Shown here one piece after another: positions 24,169 through 32,009 of a stretch of 32,009 nucleotides of DNA. Each line of letters opens with the position of its first letter. Position 1 is the first letter of the stretch. The notes beneath the pieces were generated by a model that was not told the DNA's origin, did no database searches, and saw only the letters and a list, made by a program, of their open reading frames with translations. A program made the position numbers and the translations under genes. This DNA is from Verrucomicrobiota bacterium (GTDB taxonomy: Bacteria > Verrucomicrobiota > Verrucomicrobiia > Limisphaerales > UBA11358), in the NCBI GenBank assembly GCA_021323835.1, contig JAJPKI010000194.1, forward strand, positions 1-32,009, in the 5' to 3' direction.

Positions 24169-25046
24169 GCGATTATCTCGTCATAGATAATCTCACGAAG
24201 ATTTATCCGACGCCGAAAGGCGACGCAGTCATCGTCAAGGATTTCAATCTTCGAATCAAAAAAGGCGAATTCGTCTGCCTCATCGGTCATTCCGGTTGCG
24301 GCAAATCCACTGTGCTTTCGATGGTCACCGGACTAAACGAAATCACCGGCGGCGGAATTATTTTGGCCGGGAAAGAATTGGTCGGGCCGGGACCGGATCG
24401 CGGAATCGTTTTTCAATCGCCGTGTTTGTTGCCGTGGATGACGGCGTTTGAAAACGTGATGCTCGGTGTTGACCAGGTTTTTTTCACGGCGGACAAAGCC
24501 GAGCGGAAACAAATCGCGGAATATTATTTGAGTGTCGTTGGCCTTGCCGATTCGATGCACAAAAAGCCTGCGGAACTTTCTCAAGGAATGCGCCAACGCG
24601 TTGGCATTGCCCGCGCATTTGCGCTTTCGCCGAAAATGTTGCTGCTCGATGAGCCGTTCGGAATGCTCGATTCGCTCACGCGGATGGAATTGCAGCAGGT
24701 GCTCATCGAACTGTGGCGCAGAGACAAAAAAACCGCGTTGATGGTGACGCACGACGTGGACGAAGCGCTGTTTCTTGCCGACCGAATCGTTTGCATGACC
24801 AACGGGCCGGAAGCCGAAGTTGGTGAAATTCTTGAAGTGCATTTTCCGCGTCCACGCGACCGCAAAGCCGTGCTGGAGCATCCCGATTACTACAAATTGC
24901 GCGAGCATCTCATCGCGTTCCTCGAAGAGCGCGCGCACAAAAAATTGCCAAAGACGAAAATTGATTTGCCGAAGTCATCACCGCCGCAAAATCCAAACGG
25001 TTCCGCCCATCGCAAAGCTTTGAACGTTTTGCTCAATCACGCTTAA
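24165..25046 (+). CDS. nrtD: Nitrate ABC transporter ATP-binding protein (second ATPase)
   Basis: Walker [10 protein letters not shown], signature [15 protein letters not shown], Walker [13 protein letters not shown]. The start overlaps the upstream stop (ATGA). Confidence 0.88.
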   Translation: MSDYLVIDNLTKIYPTPKGDAVIVKDFNLRIKKGEFVCLIGHSGCGKSTVLSMVTGLNEITGGGIILAGKELVGPGPDRGIVFQSPCLLPWMTAFENVMLGVDQVFFTADKAERKQIAEYYLSVVGLADSMHKKPAELSQGMRQRVGIARAFALSPKMLLLDEPFGMLDSLTRMELQQVLIELWRRDKKTALMVTHDVDEALFLADRIVCMTNGPEAEVGEILEVHFPRPRDRKAVLEHPDYYKLREHLIAFLEERAHKKLPKTKIDLPKSSPPQNPNGSAHRKALNVLLNHA

Positions 25047-25053
25047 TCAACCT

Positions 25054-26583
25054 ATGCCAAACCTAAAAACTAAATCCATGATGCCAACCTTGAAAACTCT
25101 CTCCGCCGGCGCGCTGGTGCTCGCCGCGCTCGAACAAGCCCACGCGCAATACACGCCGCCACCGCCGCCCACGCCGTTTCAGGGATTTCTCAACGAATAC
25201 TTGCGCGCGCAAAATCCCTACATGAATCAATGGGATTTTGGCGGCACCGACCGTTTGCGCTTCGAAGACAAATCCGGTTTTGCCATCCAAGGTCACACCG
25301 GCTCGGTGGATTTTCGCGACCACGGCGCGGACATGGTGAACGATTATTTTTTGAACCGTCTGCGCTTTCATGTCGGCTACACGGAAAAATGGTGGAGCGC
25401 TTACGTTGAACCGCAAAGCAGCGTGGCATTGAGCGACGAGCGCTTCGCTTACGCCAACGCACCCGCGATTCCGGGCACGGTGAAGCGAAAGGAAAACGGT
25501 CCGGAAGCCGACGCAATTGATTTGCATCAGGCGTATTTCACGCTCGGCAATCACAAAGAATTTCCGCTCTCGCTCAAAGCCGGACGGCAGGAATTGTCTT
25601 ACGGCGAAGAACGGTTGGTCGGCGCTTTCGGCTGGAACAATGTCGGACGTTCATTCGACGCGGCGAAAGTCCGCTGGCAGAATGAATTTTTCGGCGCAGA
25701 TTTTTTCACCGGCTATCCGGTAATTCCTGAAAATGGAAAATTTATTGACGTGGACAACACGCATGATTGGTTCTCGGGCATTTATGCCACGAGCACAAAG
25801 ATTCCCACGACAATTCTCGATGTTTATTTTCTTTCGCGCAACGCCGACCGCAAAGCGATTAACACTGAGCCATCGCCGCAATTTCCGCAGCCGACCGCGC
25901 GCGATATTTACACCATCGGCGGACGATTGAAATCCAAGCCCGGCGAATTGGGTAATTTTGATTATTCACTCGAGGGCGCGTATCAATTTGGCGATTTCGC
26001 CGACCCGACAAAACCGGCGCTGACCGCTCCGCGATTGAAACAGGACGCATTTATGTTTGTCGCGCAAGGCGGCTACACCTTCGCTGATTTATGGGCCACG
26101 CCGCGGCTCGGGCTTGAATATGATTATTCTTCCGGCGACGGCAATTCCGCCGACGGCATGCACGGCACGTTCGACAATTTATTTCCAACGAACCACAAAT
26201 TTTACGGCTACATGGATTTCATTTCGCTGCAAAACATTCAGGACGTTCGCGGCGAACTCACGCTCAAACCGACGACGCGTTTGAGCGTCGCGCTCGAAGG
26301 CCATGGCTTCTGGCTCGCGAATACGCACGATTATTTTTACAACGTTGCCGGTGCGCCGCGAACAACGGGCGGCGCCAGTGGTTACGGAATTCATTCCGGT
26401 TACAGTCCTTTCGTTGGAACCGAATTGGACTTGATTGCCGGTTACGCGCTCACACGCTATGCGCAAATCGAAGGCGGTTACGGCCACTTTTTTACCGGCA
26501 AATATATCCAGCAATCACTTGTCAGCGCTGGCGGCGAGCGCGACGCGGATTACGCCTATGTGCAATTTACACTTAATTTTTAG
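25054..26583 (+). CDS. Outer-membrane beta-barrel porin of the alginate-export (AlgE-like) family
   Basis: Signal peptide ends LVLAALEQAHAQ. The family-typical segment is LHQAYFTLGNHKEFPLSLKAGRQELSYGEERLVGAFGWNNVGRSFDAAKVRW. Alternating beta-strand pattern throughout. The C-terminus ends YAYVQFTLNF (terminal aromatic residue). Confidence 0.8.
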   Translation: MPNLKTKSMMPTLKTLSAGALVLAALEQAHAQYTPPPPPTPFQGFLNEYLRAQNPYMNQWDFGGTDRLRFEDKSGFAIQGHTGSVDFRDHGADMVNDYFLNRLRFHVGYTEKWWSAYVEPQSSVALSDERFAYANAPAIPGTVKRKENGPEADAIDLHQAYFTLGNHKEFPLSLKAGRQELSYGEERLVGAFGWNNVGRSFDAAKVRWQNEFFGADFFTGYPVIPENGKFIDVDNTHDWFSGIYATSTKIPTTILDVYFLSRNADRKAINTEPSPQFPQPTARDIYTIGGRLKSKPGELGNFDYSLEGAYQFGDFADPTKPALTAPRLKQDAFMFVAQGGYTFADLWATPRLGLEYDYSSGDGNSADGMHGTFDNLFPTNHKFYGYMDFISLQNIQDVRGELTLKPTTRLSVALEGHGFWLANTHDYFYNVAGAPRTTGGASGYGIHSGYSPFVGTELDLIAGYALTRYAQIEGGYGHFFTGKYIQQSLVSAGGERDADYAYVQFTLNF

Positions 26584-26604
26584 CGACACTGTTCCTCCTG
26601 TCGC

Positions 26605-26630
26605 CGCGCCCGCTCGCAAAAACGGGCGCG
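26605..26630 (+). terminator. GC-rich stem-loop between porin and reductase genes (terminator or attenuator candidate)
   Basis: CGCGCCCG (26605-26612) pairs with CGGGCGCG (26623-26630) around a 10-nt loop. It is preceded by a second small hairpin, GCGACA (26583-26588) / TGTCGC (26599-26604). The T-tract is weak. Confidence 0.4.
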
Positions 26631-26651
26631 CTCTGATTTCCACTAACTGAA

Positions 26652-28433
26652 ATGAAAATTGAGCCGCTCATTCCTGAAACTGCGCCATTCAATGGCGAGC
26701 AACGCCTTTGGCTTAACGGCTATGTCGCCGGATTGCTCGCGGGGAAAAATTTTGTTCCGGCGAATCAAAATGGTTCGGGAAAAAATGCCGCGACGATTCC
26801 GTTGCTTATTTTATTCGGCAGCCAGACCGGCACGGCGGAAAAATTGGCGAAGCAAATTGCAAAAGAATCGAAATCCTGCGGCTGCAATTCGCGTGTCGTA
26901 GATGCCAACGAACATGCAAAAATTGATTGGAGCAAAGAAACGAATTTGCTCGTCGTCACCAGCACTTACGGCGACGGCGATATGCCGGACAATGCGCAAA
27001 ATTTTTGGGAATGGCTGCAAACCGACGCCGCAAAATCGCTCGCACATCTAAATTTTTCTGTCCTCGGGCTCGGCGATACGAATTACGAACATTTTTGTGC
27101 TGCCGGAAAGAAAATTGACGCGCGTCTGGAACAAATTGGCGCGAAACGGATTCATCCGCTCGCCGATTGCGATTTGGATTACGAAGCGAAGGCAAAAAAT
27201 TGGACGAACGATGTGTTGACTGCGTTCGCGCCGGAAAAAAATCTCACGCAAAGACGCGAAGACGCAAAAACCGTAGAAATAATAGAATCTCTTCGCGCCT
27301 CTGGGACTTTGCGTGAGGAATTTTCCAAATCAAACCCATTTCCCGCCCGTCTGCTGACAAATTACAGATTGAATTCCAATGGTTCACAAAAAGAAACGCG
27401 TCATTTCGAAATTTCACTGGAAGATTCCGGCCTGAATTACGAAGTCGGCGATGCACTCGGAATTTTCCCAAAAAATTGTCCCGAACTCGTCGCGGACATT
27501 TTGCGCGCGCTCAATTTTTCCGGTGATGAAATGGTCTCGCTAAATAACAACGGCGAAATTCCAATTCGTAAAGCGCTGAAGGAATTTTATGACATCACTA
27601 AACCGTCGCCGGAACTTTTGAAATATATCGGCGAACGAAATTCTGTTTTAGGCGAATTGCTTTTGCCGGAACGCAAGGACGATTTGAAAAAATTTCTTTG
27701 GGGACGCGAAATCATTGATTTGTTGCTCGCCACGCCCGAAGTAAAATTTTCGCCCGACGAATTTGTCGCGCTGCTGAAAAAACTCGCGCCGCGTCTTTAT
27801 TCGATTTCGTCCAGCCCAAAAACGCATGCCGGGCAAGTGCATTTGACCGTCAGCATCGTTCGCCACGAATCGCACGGACGCAAACGCAAAGGCGTCGCTT
27901 CCACTTTTCTCGCCGACCGTGCGATGGAAAATCCAATTCCAGTTTTTGTGCAAACATCATATGGGTTTCGTCTGCCCGCTAACGGTGAAACGCCAATCAT
28001 CATGGTCGGGCCTGGAACAGGTGTCGCGCCATTTCGCGCATTTTTGCATGAACGTCGCGCTGTTGGCGCGAAGGGAAAGAACTGGCTGTTCTTTGGCGAA
28101 CAGCGCGTCGCGACGGATTTTTATTATCGCGACGAACTGGAAAAAATGTTTTCCGACGCCCATCTCACAAAATTGTCCACGGCATTTTCGCGCGACCAAT
28201 CGGAAAAAATTTATGTGCAGCACCGGATGCTTGAGCACGCCACTGAATTGTGGTCATGGCTCGAAAGCGGCGCGCATTTTTACGTTTGCGGCGATGCCTC
28301 GCGCATGGCGAAGGATGTGGACGACGCGCTGCATAAAATTATTGAAACGGCGGGAAACAAAAGCGCGGACGATGCGAAAGCTTATGTCGCGAAATTGAAA
28401 TCGGAAAAGCGTTACCAACGCGACGTGTATTGA
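26652..28433 (+). CDS. Diflavin (FMN + FAD/NADPH) reductase, CysJ / cytochrome-P450-reductase-like
   Basis: Flavodoxin motif LLILFGSQTGTAEKLAKQIA. FAD motif RLYSISSSP. NADPH motifs IMVGPGTGVAPFRAF and FYVCGDASRMAKDV. C-terminal YQRDVY. An N-terminal extension of about 45 aa carries PFNGEQRLWLNGYVAGLLAG. Confidence 0.88.
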   Translation: MKIEPLIPETAPFNGEQRLWLNGYVAGLLAGKNFVPANQNGSGKNAATIPLLILFGSQTGTAEKLAKQIAKESKSCGCNSRVVDANEHAKIDWSKETNLLVVTSTYGDGDMPDNAQNFWEWLQTDAAKSLAHLNFSVLGLGDTNYEHFCAAGKKIDARLEQIGAKRIHPLADCDLDYEAKAKNWTNDVLTAFAPEKNLTQRREDAKTVEIIESLRASGTLREEFSKSNPFPARLLTNYRLNSNGSQKETRHFEISLEDSGLNYEVGDALGIFPKNCPELVADILRALNFSGDEMVSLNNNGEIPIRKALKEFYDITKPSPELLKYIGERNSVLGELLLPERKDDLKKFLWGREIIDLLLATPEVKFSPDEFVALLKKLAPRLYSISSSPKTHAGQVHLTVSIVRHESHGRKRKGVASTFLADRAMENPIPVFVQTSYGFRLPANGETPIIMVGPGTGVAPFRAFLHERRAVGAKGKNWLFFGEQRVATDFYYRDELEKMFSDAHLTKLSTAFSRDQSEKIYVQHRMLEHATELWSWLESGAHFYVCGDASRMAKDVDDALHKIIETAGNKSADDAKAYVAKLKSEKRYQRDVY

Positions 28434-28435
28434 GC

Positions 28436-30142
28436 ATGAGCAATCTTCCCATCCAACACGTCAACGGCGAGCCGCTCAATGACGAGCAGCGAAAATATCT
28501 CGAAGGATTTTTCGCCGGTCTCGCTGCGCACGGCGTTTCGTTTGGTGATGTCGACCCAATGCCGGTGACGGAAAAAAAAGTTTCGTTCGACGATTTGATT
28601 TTTGAGGAGCGCGTGAAACGCGAATTGCATCCGCTCGACGCTTACGACCAGATTCTCGAAAACGCCGCAACAAATAAAGCGCCGGACAAAGAGGAAATTT
28701 TTCGTTTCAAATGGAACGGACTTTTTTTTCTCACGCCAAATAAAGAAGCGTTCATGGCGCGATTGCGGATTCCCGGCGGCCAATTAAAAACTTTTCAACT
28801 GCGCGAATTGGCAAATGTCGCGAAAGAATTGACGAGCGGCTACGTGCAAATCACGACGCGCGCGAATTTTCAGATGCGTTTGATTCAGCCGAAAGACGCG
28901 CCGGAAGTTTTACGGCGCATTCAATCCATCGGTTTGCACACGCGCGGCGCGGGCGCGGACAACATCCGCAATCTCACGGCGAATCCGACTGCGGGAATTG
29001 ACCCGCACGAATTAATTGACGTGATGCCGTTTTGCCACGAACTCGCGCAAATCATCATCAACGACCGTTCGTATTACGATTTGCCGCGCAAGTTCAACAT
29101 CGCCTTCGACGGCGGCGGACTCATCGGCACGGTTGAAGATACGAACGACATTGGCGCGAAAGCCGTGAAAATCGGCGACGAAATTTTCTTTCGCATCGCG
29201 CTCGGCGGCGCAACCGGACACAAATCGTTCGCGCGCGACCTCGGCGTTTTGGTGAAACCGTCGGAATTGAACAAAGTGATTGCCGCGATTGTTCGCATTT
29301 ATATTGCCAACGGAAATCGCGGCGACCGAAAAAAAGCGCGGCTGAAACATTTGCTCGAAACATGGTCGCTGGAAAAATATCTCGGCGAGGTGGAAAAAAT
29401 TCTTGGCTACAAATTGCAACGCGCTCCGGCGGACTTGAAATTGGAATTTTCAGATTCAAAATTTCCGCATTCGCATCTCGGCGTTCACTCGCAAAAGCAA
29501 AAAGGCTTGAATTACATTGGCGTCGCGATGCCGGTCGGCCAAATCACGCCGAAACAAATGCTGCGCGTTGCGGAGATTGCCGACCTTTACGGTTCAGGCG
29601 AAATCCGACTGACCGTCTGGCAGAATTTTATCATTCCAAATGTTCCCGATGCTTACGTCGAAACCGTAAAAAAGGCGTTGCGCAAAATCGGTTTCGACAC
29701 GCAACAAAGTTTGTTGCGCGGCGGATTGGTCGCTTGCACGGGAAATTCATATTGCAAATTTGCGCAATCGAACACAAAACGCCACGCGCTCGAACTCGCA
29801 GATTATCTCGACAAAAAATTTTCGCTCGACGCGCCCATCAACATCCATCTCACCGGCTGCCCGAATTCTTGCGCGCAACATTACATGGGCGACATCGGTT
29901 TGCTCGGCGTGAAAGTCCGCGGCGAAGACGGCTACCACGTTTTTGTTGGCGGCGGCTTCGGGAAAAATCAGGCGGTCGGACGGCAAATTTTTTCCGGCAT
30001 CACCGTCAACGATTTGCAGCCGACGTTGGAAAAAATGTTGAAAGGTTATTTGCGGCGGCGCGAGGCGGGCGAAACATTTCAAAAATTTACGCAACGACAC
30101 GAGTTGAACACGTTGCAGGCAATTTTCACCAACGACGAATGA
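28436..30142 (+). CDS. nirA: Sirohaem/[4Fe-4S] nitrite (or sulfite) reductase haemoprotein, NirA type
   Basis: ATG at 28436. Two nitrite/sulfite-reductase repeats. Cluster/sirohaem Cys motifs are CTGNSYCKFA and TGCPNSCAQHYMGDIGLLG. The nitrite assignment comes from context within the nitrate cluster. Confidence 0.85.
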   Translation: MSNLPIQHVNGEPLNDEQRKYLEGFFAGLAAHGVSFGDVDPMPVTEKKVSFDDLIFEERVKRELHPLDAYDQILENAATNKAPDKEEIFRFKWNGLFFLTPNKEAFMARLRIPGGQLKTFQLRELANVAKELTSGYVQITTRANFQMRLIQPKDAPEVLRRIQSIGLHTRGAGADNIRNLTANPTAGIDPHELIDVMPFCHELAQIIINDRSYYDLPRKFNIAFDGGGLIGTVEDTNDIGAKAVKIGDEIFFRIALGGATGHKSFARDLGVLVKPSELNKVIAAIVRIYIANGNRGDRKKARLKHLLETWSLEKYLGEVEKILGYKLQRAPADLKLEFSDSKFPHSHLGVHSQKQKGLNYIGVAMPVGQITPKQMLRVAEIADLYGSGEIRLTVWQNFIIPNVPDAYVETVKKALRKIGFDTQQSLLRGGLVACTGNSYCKFAQSNTKRHALELADYLDKKFSLDAPINIHLTGCPNSCAQHYMGDIGLLGVKVRGEDGYHVFVGGGFGKNQAVGRQIFSGITVNDLQPTLEKMLKGYLRRREAGETFQKFTQRHELNTLQAIFTNDE

Positions 30143-31797
30143 TTGCGCCTGCCACAGAAAATTCGCGCACGTTGATTGACGAATTGCTCGTCGAGCAGCG
30201 CACGCTGACAGCGGTGGAACGCTTCTCGCAGCACCACGACCGCAACGGCCATTCAGAAAAAATTTACAGCGCGCTGATGCCGACACGTTCGCCAAATCCC
30301 GGCGAGCAATACGCGTTTCAAGTGAACCTCGACGCCTGCTCCGGTTGCAAAGCGTGCGTCGCCGGTTGCCATTCGCTGAACGGCTTGGACGAAAATGAAA
30401 CGTGGCGCGAAGTCGGATTGCTTCACGGTGTCGCGGAAGAAAAATCATTTCAGCAAACCATCACGAGCGCGTGTCATCACTGCGTTGACCCCGGCTGTCT
30501 CAACGGTTGCCCGGTGAAAGCCTACGACAAAGACCCAGCGACGGGCATCGTGCGGCATCTCGATGACCAGTGCATTGGCTGCCAGTATTGCGTAATGAAG
30601 TGTCCGTATGAAGTGCCGAAGTATTCTGAAAAACTTGGCATTGTCCGCAAGTGCGACATGTGCGTGAGCCGCCTTGCCGTCGGCGAAGCGCCCGCGTGCG
30701 TGCAATCATGTCCGAACGGCGCAATCAAAATCACATTGGTAAATCAGTCGGAAATCAGGACGCAATTTCAAAACGGTGAAGCGCAAAAAAATTTCCTCGC
30801 CGATTCTCCAAATCCAAAAATCACTTTACCGACAACGCGCTACATTTCAAAACGTCACTTGAACGGAACTATTTTTGCCGCCGACCGCGACGTGCCGCGA
30901 TTGGACAATCCGCATTGGCCGTTAATTTTCATGCTGGTTTTTACTCAAGCGGCGGCTGGAATGTTCTTGGCAGCGGCAATCGCGCAAAATCTCGAAACAA
31001 AATTTTTGGAACTCGCGGCGTTTGTAATTTTGAATTTCGGACTGCTCGCCGCGCCGTTGCATCTGGGCAAACCGCTGAAAGCGTGGCGCGCATTTCTGGG
31101 TTGGCGCACAAGTTGGTTGAGTCGCGAAATTATCGCTTTCAACACGTTTGCTCCGCTGGCCGCCGCCGCGACTGCGCTTGCGTGGTTGCCATTTCTCGCA
31201 GAAAAATTTCCGAGACTCGGTGATTTGCTTCAAAAAATTCCGGCAGCATTTTTACCGCTCGAAAAATTTCAGTTGCCGTTGGCGATTTTCGCCGCCGCGA
31301 TTGGCCTGTGTTGCGTTTTCATTTCCGCCATGGTTTATGTGGACACCAAACGCCCATTCTGGTCACAACGACATTCCTTCGGTGCATTTTTTGGGACGAC
31401 GCTCCTGCTCGGCGCGACATTTTCAGCCGCGACCTTTGCATGGCTCGGCAATTTGCATTTTGCGCGGCAATTCGCTGTTGTCGCGCTCGTCGTTCGCGCA
31501 ATGCTTTTCGTCTGGCGGCGATTGGAAATTCGTTTCGCTTTCAGTAATCCGGCAAGTCCGATCCATTTGAACGCCCGCGCCATTCGCGAATTGCTTCCAT
31601 GGACGCCGCGGACGCGAATAATTTTATTTATCGCTTCCACAGTTTTCGGTTTGCTCGCCATTGCGGACATTGCAAATGCGGTGATGATTTGGGCCAGTGC
31701 GACCGTAGTAACAACTTTCATTTCAGAAATTGTCGTCCGCTACGTTTTCTTCCGCGCCGGCGCGGGCAAAAAAATGCCCGGAGGAATTGCCGCGTGA
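30139..31797 (+). CDS. Fusion protein: DmsB-like four-cluster 4Fe-4S ferredoxin domain + DmsC/NrfD-like polytopic membrane anchor
   Basis: The ATG at 30139 overlaps the nirA stop (ATGA). Cys groups: CSGCKACVAGC, CHHCVDPGCLNGCP, CIGCQYCVMKCP and CDMCVSRLAVGEAPACVQSCP. About 8 TM helices follow, including the DmsC-like LHLGKPLKAWRAFLGWRTSWLSREI. No signal or Tat motif at the N-terminus (MIAPATENSRTLIDELL). Confidence 0.85.
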   Translation: MIAPATENSRTLIDELLVEQRTLTAVERFSQHHDRNGHSEKIYSALMPTRSPNPGEQYAFQVNLDACSGCKACVAGCHSLNGLDENETWREVGLLHGVAEEKSFQQTITSACHHCVDPGCLNGCPVKAYDKDPATGIVRHLDDQCIGCQYCVMKCPYEVPKYSEKLGIVRKCDMCVSRLAVGEAPACVQSCPNGAIKITLVNQSEIRTQFQNGEAQKNFLADSPNPKITLPTTRYISKRHLNGTIFAADRDVPRLDNPHWPLIFMLVFTQAAAGMFLAAAIAQNLETKFLELAAFVILNFGLLAAPLHLGKPLKAWRAFLGWRTSWLSREIIAFNTFAPLAAAATALAWLPFLAEKFPRLGDLLQKIPAAFLPLEKFQLPLAIFAAAIGLCCVFISAMVYVDTKRPFWSQRHSFGAFFGTTLLLGATFSAATFAWLGNLHFARQFAVVALVVRAMLFVWRRLEIRFAFSNPASPIHLNARAIRELLPWTPRTRIILFIASTVFGLLAIADIANAVMIWASATVVTTFISEIVVRYVFFRAGAGKKMPGGIAA

Positions 31798-32009
31798 AAT
31801 TAAATTTTCCAAAGCCGACTTTGCGCGAATGGCACGGGCCGTTAACGGAAGATTTGGTTTTGCATCCGGGTGATTTCGGCCTCGGAAAAATTCCCGCGCG
31901 TTTGAAACCCGATGCGACGACGACGATGACCTGCGGTTTTTGTTCGACTGGCTGTGGTATGAAAATTCATTTAAAAAACGGCGAAGCCATCAATTTGAGC
32001 GCAGATGAA
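31794..32009 (+). CDS. Molybdopterin (bis-MGD) oxidoreductase, N-terminal fragment; candidate nitrate reductase catalytic subunit (continues beyond window)
   Basis: Not in the ORF track because it is open-ended. The GTG at 31794 overlaps the upstream stop (GTGA). Translation: MKLNFPKPTLREWHGPLTEDLVLHPGDFGLGKIPARLKPDATTTMTCGFCSTGCGMKIHLKNGEAINLSADE. CGFCSTGCG is the C-x2-C-x3-C start of the molybdopterin-oxidoreductase 4Fe-4S domain. An alternative ATG lies at 31926. No RR motif is present. Confidence 0.75.
   Translation, partial: MKLNFPKPTLREWHGPLTEDLVLHPGDFGLGKIPARLKPDATTTMTCGFCSTGCGMKIHLKNGEAINLSADE

Noticed and set aside
29362-30138. 259-codon extension of ORF 29362..31797, overlapping nirA in another frame.
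   Set aside because: Arg-rich nonsense composition (…RRGGKNSWLQIATRSGG…RRRRLPRFCWRRLREKSGGRTANFF…). The real start is the ATG at 30139, which overlaps the nirA stop.
19230-31721. Numerous long ORFs antisense or out of frame to the nitrate-cluster genes, for example 21601..22599(-) 332 aa, 21291..22163(+) 290 aa, 22745..23257(-), 24333..24938(-), 20532..21056(-), 29747..30448(-) and 22486..23091(+).
   Set aside because: All are Arg/Ala/Gly-rich and motif-free, and each fully overlaps a CDS with strong family signatures. This is the expected artefact of higher GC and GC3 in this half of the window.
1-32009. CRISPR arrays, rRNA genes, IS elements with terminal inverted repeats, toxin-antitoxin or defence-system genes.
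   Set aside because: I saw no regularly spaced direct repeats, no transposase-like ORF and no nuclease, helicase or methylase signatures in any frame.

Overview
This window looks like chromosomal DNA from a PVC-superphylum bacterium, most likely Verrucomicrobiota. The basis is two hallmark families: a giant autotransporter-associated beta-strand-repeat protein and a prepilin-type H-X9-DG protein. All genes but one are on the + strand, and there are two functional blocks. Block A (1-18.6 kb) carries a HisKA_3 sensor kinase and a NarL/LuxR response regulator. These are followed by secreted or surface proteins: a jelly-roll plus ricin-B lectin, a two-FN3 lipoprotein, a degenerate response-regulator paralog, a small ORF, a 1269-aa beta-strand-repeat protein, a prepilin-like protein, a beta-helix protein, a GH95 and a GH2. 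Three consecutive intergenic regions in block A carry the same 21-nt box (CCTATACAAACTGATAATAGA), which I read as a candidate local regulon signal. Two of the secreted proteins share a C-terminal domain of about 75 aa ending FYIL(S/K)Q. Block B (19.1-32.0 kb) is a nitrate/nitrite assimilation cluster. It starts with a divergent LysR regulator, followed by a signal-less NrtA/NasS-like binding protein, a Tat-signal NrtA, NrtB and two ABC ATPases. After these come an alginate-export-type outer-membrane porin, a CysJ-like diflavin reductase and a NirA-type sirohaem reductase. The block ends with a 4Fe-4S protein fused to a DmsC-like membrane anchor and the 5' end of a molybdopterin oxidoreductase that runs off the window. 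The reductase module has an unusual architecture and is my top candidate for an undescribed system, together with the 21-nt-box regulon. The two blocks meet at a short ORF resembling an integrase N-terminal fragment. I found no rRNA, tRNA, CRISPR array or intact mobile element. All functional calls rest on motifs read by eye from the translations; no database search was run.
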